Shown one piece after another: positions 1 to 9,539 of a stretch of DNA of 48,142 nt. Under the pieces are notes generated by a model. The model did not search any database. It was not told where the DNA came from and saw only the letters and a program-made list of their open reading frames with translations. Where the stretch lies: contig JAKPZB010000078.1 of NCBI GenBank assembly GCA_029560215.1, positions 1 to 48,142 of the forward strand, in the 5' to 3' direction. The translations under genes were made by a program, and so were the position numbers. Positions within the stretch are counted from its first letter, which is position 1, and each line of letters starts with the position of its first letter. This DNA is from Methanobacteriota archaeon (GTDB lineage Archaea > Thermoplasmatota > Thermoplasmata > Methanomassiliicoccales > UBA472).

Positions 1-140
1 TGTCCCGTCTTAAGTCAGGAAGCGCATGGGCGGACCCGCCCCCGAAGGAGCGCGCGGATAGGACCTTTTCCTACGGGCATGATCCTCAAATCATGCTGGA
101 TCCATCCTGGTTTCCCCACAGCCTTTCCGACTCGGGCAAT
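1..140 (-). ncRNA. Structured non-coding transcript, probably the 5' leader (ETS) of an rRNA gene lying beyond the window edge
   Basis: GC-rich with no ORF; TATA box (TTTATAAAT, minus strand ~171-163) about 25 nt upstream. Hairpins GCAUGAU-UUGAGG-AUCAUGC, UAGGA-AAAGG-UCCUA and a cUUCGg loop. Ends in CUUAAGACGGGACA, which resembles the 5' strand of euryarchaeal pre-rRNA processing stems (recalled resemblance only). Confidence 0.45.
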
Positions 141-159
141 ATCTACTATTACCTTATCT

Positions 160-180
160 AATATTTATAAATTTGTCCGT
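160..180 (-). promoter_or_regulatory. BRE/TATA promoter for the leftward transcript starting at ~140
   Basis: Minus strand reads ACGGACAAATTTATAAATATT within an AT-rich island. Confidence 0.55.
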
Positions 181-256
181 TTAATGGGGTATCCAGAATA
201 TTATTAGTCATATATTAATAAAATTAAGCTAGAAGGTTAATTAATTGAAGTCAAAA

Positions 257-488
257 GTGCCCGGGCGGAGGGGAGGAGTAAGGCGACCTTCGGTCCGACC
301 CATTCCTCAAAATGGAGAAGTTCCTCGGGCGACCACCCCTTCATCTCCCGCCGATCGCACGTAGGGCGCGGGGGGAACCGCTGCGATCGAGCAGTCCTAT
401 ACTGCGCGCGCACGGCTGACCTTTTAGGCCGACGAAGGCGGGCGGAGATGCATCCGCAGGTCCTGCCCTCTCCATTCCACGGGCAACA
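257..488 (-). ncRNA. Putative ~230-nt structured ncRNA of unknown family
   Basis: 5' GCCCG..GGAGAGGGCAGGACCU pairs with 3' AGGUCGCCUUACUCC..CGGGC. Internal stems CAUCUCC/GGAGAUG, CGAUCGCA/UGCGAUCG and GCAGU/ACUGC; G-U pairs favour the minus strand. TATA (TATTTATAG, ~516-508) upstream and a short U-run downstream. Confidence 0.5.
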
Positions 489-556
489 TTATACTTGGTC
501 GTGCTCACTATAAATAGATTGTTTTTATGCCTGGATGTACAAAATAAGGGAAAGGC

Positions 557-781
557 TCATTCCTTGAGGGAATCCAATTCCGTCCGGGCCGCCCGAACCT
601 TCTCGGCGATCTCCTCCATCTTCACCTGGCTCCTCCGGCGGATGCGTTGCAGCTCATCCTCGCCAATCTCCCTGCGCTTGTGAAGGCGTTCCGCCTCCTC
701 CAACTCGGCGCGGTATTCTGCCCGCAGGGCGTTGAGCTGTTTGATCTTGGCCTCGAGCTTGGATTTCTTGGAACCGAACAT
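557..781 (-). CDS. Small coiled-coil hypothetical protein (74 aa)
   Basis: ORF MFGSKKSKLEAKIKQL..., charged and helical; ATG at 781 preceded by GGGAGAGG. Confidence 0.7.
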   Translation of the reverse strand: MFGSKKSKLEAKIKQLNALRAEYRAELEEAERLHKRREIGEDELQRIRRRSQVKMEEIAEKVRAARTELDSLKE

Positions 782-813
782 GCCTCTCCCAGAATAATAT
801 CGGCTGACATCGG

Positions 814-1257
814 TTAAATAGATTGTCCGTTCCAAGCCCCTTCGGAGAGAGAGGAACGGAGAAGGTCCAGGACCATGAACAGGGGGACGCCCTCCTTAAC
901 ATGGAACAGATGGGTGGGGCAACCGCAGTCCGAGGAGCCGAACCTCCGGACCGCGGGCTCTACCCCGATTTGCCCGGTTAGGGCAGAGGCCAACCGGCAC
1001 TCCATTTCCTTCCTCCCCCGGAAGGCGAGAGCGCCGACCACCTCTCCTTGAACCGTGAGATGATCGATGTGCCAACGCTTCCTCTTATCGGACCGCATGT
1101 GCCTGGCCAGACGGGGCATCAGGCCGGACTGAGCTGAACCGCAGTAGAGATAGTGGCCTCTTTCAAAAGATACCACCCCCAGGCCTCCCACCCGGATGGC
1201 CGCCGGTTGGGGAAGGTGCACGACCAGCACATAGACCCCTGGCGACGAGCGCATCAT
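814..1257 (-). CDS. GIY-YIG nuclease family protein (DUF123)
   Basis: GVYVL..., YLYCGSA, RLARH, KRWHIDHL, ECRLA and FGSSDCGCPTHLF motifs. Confidence 0.9.
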   Translation of the reverse strand: MMRSSPGVYVLVVHLPQPAAIRVGGLGVVSFERGHYLYCGSAQSGLMPRLARHMRSDKRKRWHIDHLTVQGEVVGALAFRGRKEMECRLASALTGQIGVEPAVRRFGSSDCGCPTHLFHVKEGVPLFMVLDLLRSSLSEGAWNGQSI

Positions 1258-1263
1258 CCCCCG

Positions 1264-2181
1264 TTAGCGGACCTTGCCCTCCACCTCGGCCTTGGTCTTG
1301 ATCCGGATGATGGTGCTGTCGCCCAGGCGGCAGTCGGAGATGGTGGCGATCTCCTTGAGCTTGCGACCGTAGACATCCAGCTCCTCCAGCTCCCTGACGT
1401 GCTCCTTGTAGGGGATCTTGACCCTGAGACCGTCCACGTGCAGCACCACCGGGGCCGGACGCAGGCACTCCTGCACCGCGTCCATCCCCTCCAGGGCGTC
1501 CTTGACCTCCGAAGGGTGGACGAAGAGGGGGTCCTCCTCGATCTCCTTGCGGCGCTTGTCGATGACCTCCTTGACCCGATCGGCGATCTCCTCGAGCTTG
1601 GCTATCTCCTCGGAGCGCCGCATGCGCTCCACCTTGCGGCCGACGCCGCAGACCAGGGCCTCGCAGTGAGGGAGCGATTCCAGCTCCGGACCCACCACGG
1701 TCACCACCGGGATCTGGATGTCCTTGTAGAGGTCGATCTTCTCGTGGGTGACGCATTCCTTGAAGTTGCCGAGCATGAAGATGGCCGCGTCGTACTCCTC
1801 GATTATGGCCTTCTCCGCCGCGGATATCTGACAGGTCTTACGTCCGCGTCCCCGCGCCAGGCCCATCACTATGGTGATGGCCCCGTACCGGCGCAGATGT
1901 TCCGCAATATCGCAGATGGGGTGGGGCATGTGATGCCTTCCCAGGGTGGGGCCGATGACCGCTATCTCGGTTCCCGCCAAGGGCACCTCGACGATCTTCC
2001 CGCCCAGTTCCGCCGTCTTCTTCTCGATGAGCGGCCGGTCCTCGGCCGGTATGGCTATGGTCAGGGTGACCATCACCTGCACCTGGGTGCGCTGGAGCAC
2101 GAAACCTCCCACGTCGGCTATCAGATCGAGCAGTTCGTCGATCTTGTGGACCCCGCCGTCGAACATCAGTACTTCGTACAT
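1264..2181 (-). CDS. mmp7: Methanogenesis marker protein 7 (MCR activation complex)
   Basis: MYEVLMFDGGVHK..., PLAGTEIAVIGPTLGRHHMPHPICDIAEHLRRYGA; last of the marker genes in the operon. Confidence 0.93.
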   Translation of the reverse strand: MYEVLMFDGGVHKIDELLDLIADVGGFVLQRTQVQVMVTLTIAIPAEDRPLIEKKTAELGGKIVEVPLAGTEIAVIGPTLGRHHMPHPICDIAEHLRRYGAITIVMGLARGRGRKTCQISAAEKAIIEEYDAAIFMLGNFKECVTHEKIDLYKDIQIPVVTVVGPELESLPHCEALVCGVGRKVERMRRSEEIAKLEEIADRVKEVIDKRRKEIEEDPLFVHPSEVKDALEGMDAVQECLRPAPVVLHVDGLRVKIPYKEHVRELEELDVYGRKLKEIATISDCRLGDSTIIRIKTKAEVEGKVR

Positions 2182-2753
2182 CAGTCATCCTCCGGGCCCT
2201 TGATCATGTTGGCGTGCACCCTCTTGGCCTCCTCGATGAAATCGACGGTCATGCCATGCTCCGTGGCCACGATGGTCATCACGTTGTCGTTGAAGTACTC
2301 GTTCCTCAGCTTGAGCCCCTCGGGCAGAAGCCGCCACATGGCATCGAGCAATTGCGAGCGCACCTCCTCCTCCGGGTCCAGCTTCATGTCCGCCAGCTCC
2401 TCCATCGGGACGTCCTCCACGAACACCTCCAGCCGGGTGAGCTGCTGCACGCGCTCCCTGCCGTAGAGGCGCCAGAGGCTGGAAATGAGCCTGGGAGCGT
2501 ATGATTCGTCCTTGATGGTGATGAACGTCCCGCCTTCCTTGGACTCCATCTCCGCTATGTCGTAGACCGGGCGCTTGCTCCCGGAATGCTTTATGCGCAT
2601 GGATATGATGAACAGCGTCTGGTCCGGGCGAATGACGAAACGCACCTTCTCGACCATGGTGCTTATCCCCATGTCCATGAGGATCCGTTCCAGCAGCCAT
2701 TGGTACGACTCCAGGGCGTATTGCTCGGTGCCCTCCAGCTCGAATTCCACCAA
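2181..2753 (-). CDS. mmp17: Methanogenesis marker protein 17
   Basis: DESYAPRLISSLWRLYGRERVQQLTR and RLLPEGLK motifs; position between mmp15 and mmp7. Confidence 0.88.
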   Translation of the reverse strand: MVEFELEGTEQYALESYQWLLERILMDMGISTMVEKVRFVIRPDQTLFIISMRIKHSGSKRPVYDIAEMESKEGGTFITIKDESYAPRLISSLWRLYGRERVQQLTRLEVFVEDVPMEELADMKLDPEEEVRSQLLDAMWRLLPEGLKLRNEYFNDNVMTIVATEHGMTVDFIEEAKRVHANMIKGPEDD

Positions 2754-2757
2754 TCTC

Positions 2758-3981
2758 TCACCCCAGCAGGCCGGAGGCCAGCAGCGCCGCTCCTACCGCC
2801 CCGATGTACTGCGAGTCCCTGGGGACGATGGGACGCTGGCCCAGGGTGTGCTCCATGGCCGTGACCATGCCGGATATCAGCGAGGTGCCGCCGACCTGGA
2901 TGATCGGGCGGCGCACCTCAATCTCCTGCAGCTGCTGCTCGTATATCTGCTCGGCCACGCTGTGGCAGGCCGCGGAGGCCACGTCCGCCAGGGTGTTCCC
3001 GGCGGCCAGCGACGTGACCAGGTCCTGTATTCCGAACACGGAGCAGTAGGAGTTCATCTTGACCTTGCCGTGGTCGCCCTGGTCCGCCAGAGCGCCCAGT
3101 TCCGTGATCTCCACCTTCAGGCGTTTGGCGGTCATCTCCAGGAAACGCCCGGAGGCGCCGGCGCAGATGCCGCCCATGGTGAAGTTGTCCGGGATGCCGT
3201 CCCGGACGGTGATGGCCTTGTTGTCCATCCCCCCGATGTCGATGATGGTGGCCTCCCCCTTCTGCTTGCCGGCCAGCCACACCGCTCCCTTGGAGTTGAC
3301 GGTGAGCTCCTCCTGCACCAGCTTGGCATTGAACTTCTTTCCTAGCGTGTACCGTCCGTAGCCGGTGGTTCCGATCCCCTCCAGCTGCTCATACTTCACA
3401 CCGGCCTCGGCCAGGGCGTTGGTGAGGGCGGTCTCCGCGGAAGAGTAGACGTCGCCAGTAGGCAGCCAGTACTTGCCGATGATGACGTTGTCGCGCATGA
3501 TCACCGCCTTGGTGGTGGAAGATCCTGAGTCCAGTCCGGCGGTGAGGCCGACCTGCCTCTCCCTGGCCAGAAGCTCCTTCCTCTCCACGATGGTCACCAG
3601 CGCTTCCATCCTTGTGAGAAGCTGGGCGGCCTTGGTCCGCTCCGTGAACGAGTAGGTGACCACCGGCAGCCTCACGTGCTCCTGCACGAACTTCCTGAGC
3701 TCCGTTCGGACGAGAGCTCCCTCGGCGCAGCGGAAGCAGGTGGCGATGAATATGGCGTCCGCGTCATAGTTCTTGTTGGCCAGCTCGATGGCCCGGGCGA
3801 TCATCAGCTTCAGCTGGGGGCTGTTGGGGTTGAACCCGAACTCCTCGACCGCCTTGTCGATCTTCTGCATGTCCACGTCCGGGTAGACCATCTTGGCCCC
3901 CACGGTCTCCGCGGCGCGCTCGATCTCCGCCTGTACGCCGCTGTACTCCGTCCCGCAGGAAAGTTGGGCGATCTTGATCAT
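2758..3981 (-). CDS. mmp15: Methanogenesis marker protein 15 (ASKHA ATPase / CoA-substrate activase-like)
   Basis: [53 protein letters not shown]. Confidence 0.94.
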   Translation of the reverse strand: MIKIAQLSCGTEYSGVQAEIERAAETVGAKMVYPDVDMQKIDKAVEEFGFNPNSPQLKLMIARAIELANKNYDADAIFIATCFRCAEGALVRTELRKFVQEHVRLPVVTYSFTERTKAAQLLTRMEALVTIVERKELLARERQVGLTAGLDSGSSTTKAVIMRDNVIIGKYWLPTGDVYSSAETALTNALAEAGVKYEQLEGIGTTGYGRYTLGKKFNAKLVQEELTVNSKGAVWLAGKQKGEATIIDIGGMDNKAITVRDGIPDNFTMGGICAGASGRFLEMTAKRLKVEITELGALADQGDHGKVKMNSYCSVFGIQDLVTSLAAGNTLADVASAACHSVAEQIYEQQLQEIEVRRPIIQVGGTSLISGMVTAMEHTLGQRPIVPRDSQYIGAVGAALLASGLLG

Positions 3982-4412
3982 TTCAGACCCTCCAGGAACT
4001 CCTTCACCCTGACCACCATGTCCTTGGCCTCATCCTCGTTGGAGGGGTAGTCCAAAGATAGTATCGGCACCTTGCGCTTGCGGACCAGGAGCTTGGCCAG
4101 TTCGTTGGTCCGTTGGCATCCCACGCACCCGAAGCTGTAAGGGGCGTCCTCCATGAATATGGCCGCTTCCGCCTGGTCGATGAGGGGGCCGTAGATGGCC
4201 AATCTCCCGCGTATTCCGGAAGGGATCTCTATCCCGGCGTACTTCAACCCTAGCTTGACATCATCCACCGTCACGTTCAGAGGCGGCGCCTCGATCTCGT
4301 TCGACGTGACGCGGTCGCGGAGGGCCTTCATCAGGCTGAGCGGTTCGTGGCCGAACCTCTCGACCAGATCGAATAGGATCAGGCTGTTCGGCGGCATTAT
4401 GAATATCTTCAT
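3978..4412 (-). CDS. mmp5: Methanogenesis marker protein 5
   Basis: [39 protein letters not shown]. Confidence 0.94.
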   Translation of the reverse strand: MKIFIMPPNSLILFDLVERFGHEPLSLMKALRDRVTSNEIEAPPLNVTVDDVKLGLKYAGIEIPSGIRGRLAIYGPLIDQAEAAIFMEDAPYSFGCVGCQRTNELAKLLVRKRKVPILSLDYPSNEDEAKDMVVRVKEFLEGLK

Positions 4413-4834
4413 GGGGACACCTCGTCGATGAGCTTCTTAAGGTCGTTGACCGGGATCTTCTGGCGTTTCTTTGGCGCGGGGGGCTTCTCGCCCTTCTCCA
4501 CGCAGATCAGGCCCTGTTCCACCAGGCACAGGTCCTTCCATTCCTTCTCCAGTTGGGCGAACCCGGGCCGGGAGCCGTGATGGGCCCGGCAGCGGCGGAG
4601 ATCGCCCATGGGGAAGGCGCGGATCTTGGAAAAGATGCGGTTGGGGTCCATCTTGCGAACCTCGTCCAGGGTGCGCTTCACCGCGTCCCTGGGGCCCTGC
4701 AGCACCACGCCGTAGCAGGTCTCCTTCACCGTGACCTCGTTGCCCAGGTTGTGCACGAAGCGGGCGATGCGGTCCGGAGTGAGGTCGGAAGTGGGGGCGA
4801 TGAATATCAGCCTGGTCTCTATGTTGCTGTCCAT
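4409..4834 (-). CDS. mmp6: Methanogenesis marker protein 6
   Basis: VKETCYG, RIFSKIRAFPMGDLRRCRA..GSRPGFAQLEKE. Confidence 0.93.
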   Translation of the reverse strand: MDSNIETRLIFIAPTSDLTPDRIARFVHNLGNEVTVKETCYGVVLQGPRDAVKRTLDEVRKMDPNRIFSKIRAFPMGDLRRCRAHHGSRPGFAQLEKEWKDLCLVEQGLICVEKGEKPPAPKKRQKIPVNDLKKLIDEVSP

Positions 4835-4835
4835 C

Positions 4836-6482
4836 TCAATCCTCCTTGGGCTTGGACCTTTTGGCCGGGGCCTTCTTGGCAGCGGTCGTCTTCGGCTTCT
4901 TTGGCGCTTCGGCGCCCTCCTTTGGCTTCCCAGCCTTCTTTGCCTTCTTGACCGCGGATTCCTCGGGAGTGGCGCGGCGGATGTAGATGATGTCCTCCTC
5001 GGATATCCCGGACATCATGGCGTCCAGGTCTCCGACGAAACGCCCGAGCAGGTTGGTGCCCGGGATCTCCTCGCCGGTGGGACCGAACTCCTCGCTCTCC
5101 TCCAGGCGTATTCCCATGAGACCGCGCTGCGGTCGGGACATGTTGGTTATCGCCACGTCGCCGCGGACCGAGCGACCTTCGAACGTCCTCTCCGGATAAA
5201 GGTCGGCGGCCAGCTTGGGATTCCCTTCGAAAGTTATCATGGGCATCCCCTCGAAGGTGAAGTGCACCTTCATGGTGCCCACCGGCTTGTGGTCCAAGCC
5301 GGTGACCTTGCGGAAGTAGCGCACCGTCCACGGCGAGGCCTCGGGGTCCATGGTGAGCGGGTACACCTTCTCCCTGGGAACGCCCATGGTCTCGATCTCC
5401 CTCTCCTTGGAGGCGTGGATGGTCATCTCCGGCTCCTGCTCGACGATCACCGCCTCGTCGGAGGTGTCGCCGGTGCGCTTCTGGACCTTGCCAATGGATT
5501 CCAGGAACCTCTGCGCCTCGGCCTGGGTCTTGCCGATGGTCATTATCCTTACGGGGTCCGGCTGAACCAGCACCCTCCCCTTGAGCGGGACCAGATGCAC
5601 CAGGTTGTGGCCGTTGGTGACCTTCCCCACGGTGTTGTGGGAACGGTTCAGCTGGCGGACCTGGTTGTAGAAGTATATCTTCCCGGCCTGGTAGCCCTCG
5701 TGCCTTACGGTCACCGTATCCGGGTGGCGCACCTCGCTGTATTCCTGGCCCAGGGAGGTGTCCATGTTGGCCTCGCTGGCCGAGTAGCTGAAACCCTTCT
5801 CGTCTATCGGCAGGCTGCCCTCGCCGGTGACCACCAGGAAGTGCTCGCAGCAGAGCGGCGAACGCTCGTCCAGCTTCACCCCCACGAAGGTCTCTATGAG
5901 CATGCCGTCCTCCACCGGCACGTTGAGGTCGGTTACCGGGAAGGCGTCCTGGGAGGTCATGCGCAGCACCACCGGCTCGATGTGCTCGATGACATCCCCC
6001 TCGTCGAGAAGGTCCAGGATGTGCCTTCCCCTGGTGACCCGGCCGAACACGGCGTCCTGAAGGCCGAGGTCGTCGCTCATGTCCACCCGGGCGATCATGA
6101 AGTAGGTGGTGTTCACGTCGTAACCGCCCAAGGCGAAGAAGCAATCGTAGCGCTTGTAAGTGGAAGTCCCGCGGGACTTCTCCAGCTGCGTCGGGAAGGA
6201 ACCGAAAGCATGCAGGCGGCTGGTCTGCCAACGCAGATTCCTTCCGACCACGTCGTGATACAGGCGTTTCCAGGCCTCGGCGAAGACGCTCCCGTTCAGT
6301 TCGATGATGAAGCAGCCACGGGGAGTTTTCACCATGTATTCGTTGGTCAGCTTGCGCTGGGCGTCCAGAGGTCGGATCAGGGCCACCGAGCTGCCTGGAA
6401 CATAGGGCTCTCCAACGATGGCCTGGGCCACCGTCGCCCCGTCGGGCAGTACCTTCTCCTTGCCGTTCACGATAGCTCTCAT
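4836..6482 (-). CDS. mmp3: Methanogenesis marker protein 3 (cyclophilin-like), with a Lys/Ala/Pro-rich C-terminal tail
   Basis: VFGRVTRG, SHNTVGKV, IVEQEPE, YFRKVTGL, ITNMSR..GIRLEESEEFGPTGE; ATG at 6482. Confidence 0.92.
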   Translation of the reverse strand: MRAIVNGKEKVLPDGATVAQAIVGEPYVPGSSVALIRPLDAQRKLTNEYMVKTPRGCFIIELNGSVFAEAWKRLYHDVVGRNLRWQTSRLHAFGSFPTQLEKSRGTSTYKRYDCFFALGGYDVNTTYFMIARVDMSDDLGLQDAVFGRVTRGRHILDLLDEGDVIEHIEPVVLRMTSQDAFPVTDLNVPVEDGMLIETFVGVKLDERSPLCCEHFLVVTGEGSLPIDEKGFSYSASEANMDTSLGQEYSEVRHPDTVTVRHEGYQAGKIYFYNQVRQLNRSHNTVGKVTNGHNLVHLVPLKGRVLVQPDPVRIMTIGKTQAEAQRFLESIGKVQKRTGDTSDEAVIVEQEPEMTIHASKEREIETMGVPREKVYPLTMDPEASPWTVRYFRKVTGLDHKPVGTMKVHFTFEGMPMITFEGNPKLAADLYPERTFEGRSVRGDVAITNMSRPQRGLMGIRLEESEEFGPTGEEIPGTNLLGRFVGDLDAMMSGISEEDIIYIRRATPEESAVKKAKKAGKPKEGAEAPKKPKTTAAKKAPAKRSKPKED

Positions 6483-6637
6483 CTTGTCCCCCTCATGGAT
6501 GCAGTGCGGCAATTATAAGGTTATTCCCGAGCCGTTCAATCTGGCTATGGCTTTCGACTACCCTTGGCCAAGCACCTCTTCCTTGGGCCGCAGGGGATGT
6601 GCAAGTTATGAATAACCGCAAGTCGCTGAACCGTGGT

Positions 6638-7201
6638 ATGGAAAGGAACGCCGTCCGCGGAGCGGTGCGCGAGAGGATACTGGAATTGAAGGGCATCGAG
6701 GTCCTGGAGTACCTTGACCAGGACTTCCGCCAGGAGATCGAGCGGAGGGAGCGCGAAGCGGAGGGGAACGGCGCGGTGGGCGGACTGATGGCCTTCGTGA
6801 ACTCCGGGGTATGGGACGTGCTAACCCGGCAGGAGGTCTTCGTCATCGTGGCCCAGCCCCAGATGGAGATCCTCCATCCCCAGGAGCACCTGGTGCACAT
6901 CGTGGACCAGCGGGGGCAGGTCATCGGCGAATATCTGCCGGAAGGAAAACGGGACGACGTGGAACTGAGGGAGAACGCCTACCTGCTGAGCGAGGACTTC
7001 GTCCTCTACGGCGATGTGGACATAGTCGGAGAGCCGTACTTCCTGATCCCGCCCATGACCTTTCCCCCCTTGGAGGGAATGTCCGGCATCAAGAGATTGG
7101 TCAGCGCCAGCATCTCCACGGCCTCCGACGACTACATCCGCGGCCGGTTGGGTTACGGGGACACCAAATGCTGGACCCATCTGGTCGGTTACGACCTCTA
7201 A
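6638..7201 (+). CDS. Conserved hypothetical protein (paralog of 13182-13724)
   Basis: ORF fills the gap between mmp3 and mcrC and shares [11 protein letters not shown]...VSAS with 13182-13724. Start uncertain (6608 or 6638). Confidence 0.78.
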   Translation: MERNAVRGAVRERILELKGIEVLEYLDQDFRQEIERREREAEGNGAVGGLMAFVNSGVWDVLTRQEVFVIVAQPQMEILHPQEHLVHIVDQRGQVIGEYLPEGKRDDVELRENAYLLSEDFVLYGDVDIVGEPYFLIPPMTFPPLEGMSGIKRLVSASISTASDDYIRGRLGYGDTKCWTHLVGYDL

Positions 7202-7803
7202 GGCATGGTCCGCTTGACCTTGGCCACTATCTCGTCCAGCTTGGTCTGGCTGACCGTGGTGCCGCGCACCACGCCGGTGACGATCTCCATGATGGTGCCT
7301 TTGGTGCCGATGTCCTCGTCCTTGGGCATGACCAAACGGGTCTTGCAGCCGATGCGGGCGAAGTCCTCGAAGTCCACCGGGGCCTGGCAGCAGATGACCG
7401 CCGGCAGGTCCACGTTCCTGAGGATCAACCTGGCCTTGTAGATGATGTGGTTGCGGACGTTTCCCAGGTGTATGAGAGCGACCTTGAACTGCTGGATGCG
7501 GGCAACCTCTATGGGCTCCAGTCCGAAAAGGGAGCTGGTGGAGACGTCCACCGCGTCGGAGGGCACGCCGGAACCGGCGGTGATGACGATGACCGAGGTG
7601 TCGATGCCCTCCTCCCTCAGACCGTAGGTGATCTCGCAGACCGGCTTGGTGATGTGGCGTTTCCCGGGACCCATGGCCACGGCCACCACGTCGCGCCCGC
7701 TGTCGGAGATGGTGGCCCTCTGGGCCAGGCTTCCGCCCACGCCCATCCCCCGGGCCTCTCGGCATTCCACGAAACGGGTCTTGCGGCCGATGGAGTCCTT
7801 CAA
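7198..7803 (-). CDS. mcrC: Methyl-coenzyme M reductase operon protein C
   Basis: [72 protein letters not shown]. Confidence 0.95.
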   Translation of the reverse strand: MKDSIGRKTRFVECREARGMGVGGSLAQRATISDSGRDVVAVAMGPGKRHITKPVCEITYGLREEGIDTSVIVITAGSGVPSDAVDVSTSSLFGLEPIEVARIQQFKVALIHLGNVRNHIIYKARLILRNVDLPAVICCQAPVDFEDFARIGCKTRLVMPKDEDIGTKGTIMEIVTGVVRGTTVSQTKLDEIVAKVKRTMP

Positions 7804-7805
7804 GG

Positions 7806-9428
7806 TCAGACCTCGCAGACGTCGGACTCGTCGCCTTCCAGGTCATCCTGGGTCATGCCCTTCAGGACCTCCTGGGGGGTTCCCAGCGCCACCATCTTGC
7901 CGCTCTTCATGAGCGCCACCCGGTCGCAGCAGGCCATTATGAAATCCATGTCATGACTGACGATGAGGAAGGTCTCGTTGAGCTCCTTGCGAGCGTGCAG
8001 TACTGACTTCGCCACGGCCTGACGGGTGATGGGGTCCATGGTGCCGGTCGGTTCGTCGAGAACCACGAAGCGCGGCTCGATGATCATGGTCCTGGCCAAC
8101 ACTATGCGTTGCTTCTCGCCCACGCTCAAGGCGTCCGGGTAGGCGTAGAGGATGCGCTCCACCTCCTTGGCGGTGAAGCCGACCCCGCGCATGACCTGGA
8201 TGGCCTTCATCTTGGCCAGTTCCTGCGGGAGCTTCATCCCCAGGCATACGGTCAGGTTCTGAAGGACGGTGTTGAACGGATAGAGCGCGTTCTCCTGGTG
8301 CATGATACCGATGTACTGGGTGGCGCGGCCTCTGCCCTCCTCTCCCAGATCGGACATGTTCACCCAGTCGTCGCCGATGCGGACAAGAACATCGCCATGT
8401 GTGGCCGGGGTGATGCCGGATATCATCCGGGATAGCGTGGTCTTGCCCGCCCCGCTCAGCCCGATCAGCCCGAATATCTCTTTTTCGTTGACATCGAAGG
8501 TGACGTCGTCCACCGCCTTCACCACGCCGCGGACGATGGAATAGAAGTATTTCTTGGCGCCTTCCACGCGGATGACCGGCTGTCCGACCTGGACGTCCAT
8601 GTCCTTGTCCCTGACGAAAGTGACGTTGAAGGCCTTGGTGACCTCGTGGGGGGCGCCCTCGGCCTTGATCATCCCGTCCTCCAACCAGATGGCCCTCTGG
8701 GAAAGAAGCTCGATGGCCTTGGGCCAGTGGGAGGTGACCACCATGGCCATGCCCGTGTCATTGACCGCTTTGATGAGCGCCTTGTGAACGGTATCCGCGG
8801 TCTCCGGGTCCAGGGTCCCGGTCGGTTCGTCGGCCAGGAACAGCAACGGCTCGCGGGCCAGCTGCCTGGCCAGCACGGTCCTCTGCTTCTCCCCTCCGGA
8901 GAGGTCGCGAGCGATGTGCATGGTGCGGTAGGTCATGTTGACCATCTCCAGCAACTTGATGGCCCGCTCCACCTTCTTCTCGTCGGAATTCTCCCTCATG
9001 GACTCGAAGACGTTCTCGATGACGCTGAGATCGCCGTACAGCGCGAAGGTCCTCTGGAGCATGATGGCTATGCGCCCGCGCATGGCCATCCTAAGGGGGT
9101 TCCGTTCATCCAGGGCCCAGAAGTCGATCTCCACGGTCTTGGTGCCCTTCCCGCACTGCGAGCACTTGGCCCCGGGCGACGGCATGTCTATCCAGCCGCA
9201 GGATTCGCAATGATTTACCCGATAGATGATGCGCCCGGAGTCGGGTTTGTACTCCTTGTTGCCGCGCATGGCATTGATGAGGACGGACTTGCCGCTCCCG
9301 CTCCTGCCGATGAGCCCGAGAACCTCGCCGGTGCGGACGGTGGTGCTGATGTCCTTGAGCACCTGGTGACCATTGAAGCTCTTGGATACCTTGTCCAATA
9401 TGACGAGAACCTCTGAACCCTCGGGCAT
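7806..9428 (-). CDS. atwA: MCR system component A2 (double ABC-ATPase)
   Basis: Two ABC cassettes ([16 protein letters not shown]), CxxC..CxxC insert, [26 protein letters not shown]. Confidence 0.95.
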   Translation of the reverse strand: MPEGSEVLVILDKVSKSFNGHQVLKDISTTVRTGEVLGLIGRSGSGKSVLINAMRGNKEYKPDSGRIIYRVNHCESCGWIDMPSPGAKCSQCGKGTKTVEIDFWALDERNPLRMAMRGRIAIMLQRTFALYGDLSVIENVFESMRENSDEKKVERAIKLLEMVNMTYRTMHIARDLSGGEKQRTVLARQLAREPLLFLADEPTGTLDPETADTVHKALIKAVNDTGMAMVVTSHWPKAIELLSQRAIWLEDGMIKAEGAPHEVTKAFNVTFVRDKDMDVQVGQPVIRVEGAKKYFYSIVRGVVKAVDDVTFDVNEKEIFGLIGLSGAGKTTLSRMISGITPATHGDVLVRIGDDWVNMSDLGEEGRGRATQYIGIMHQENALYPFNTVLQNLTVCLGMKLPQELAKMKAIQVMRGVGFTAKEVERILYAYPDALSVGEKQRIVLARTMIIEPRFVVLDEPTGTMDPITRQAVAKSVLHARKELNETFLIVSHDMDFIMACCDRVALMKSGKMVALGTPQEVLKGMTQDDLEGDESDVCEV

Positions 9429-9513
9429 CCTGTTTGCCAACGATTATGGCAGATATAATACTTACCCTGTTTAGAATGCCTGGCTTTAACAATTGGATGG
9501 TGTAAGATATTTA

Positions 9514-9536
9514 TGGATGGATTATATATCCATCCC
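9514..9536. promoter_or_regulatory. TGGATG-N7-CATCCA operator (two overlapping copies offset by 4 bp) between atwA and the divergent regulator gene
   Basis: TGGATG GATTATA TATCCA (9514-9532) and TGGATT ATATATC CATCCC (9518-9536); extra half-site TGGATG at 9494-9499. Confidence 0.75.
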
Positions 9537-9539
9537 ACA

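Noticed and set aside
257..488. RNase P RNA or SRP RNA identity for the structured element
   Set aside because: ACCGAAGGUCGCCUUA only loosely resembles the RNase P 3' motif and GAGGAAAGUCC is absent; there is no GNRA-capped helix 8 or Alu domain for SRP.
814..1257. GIY-YIG gene as a homing endonuclease or mobile element
   Set aside because: Standard stand-alone DUF123 protein with no intron, intein, terminal repeats or target-site duplication.
7189..7200. Pyrrolysine read-through of the mcrC amber stop
   Set aside because: A TAA follows after two codons, so any extension is trivial.
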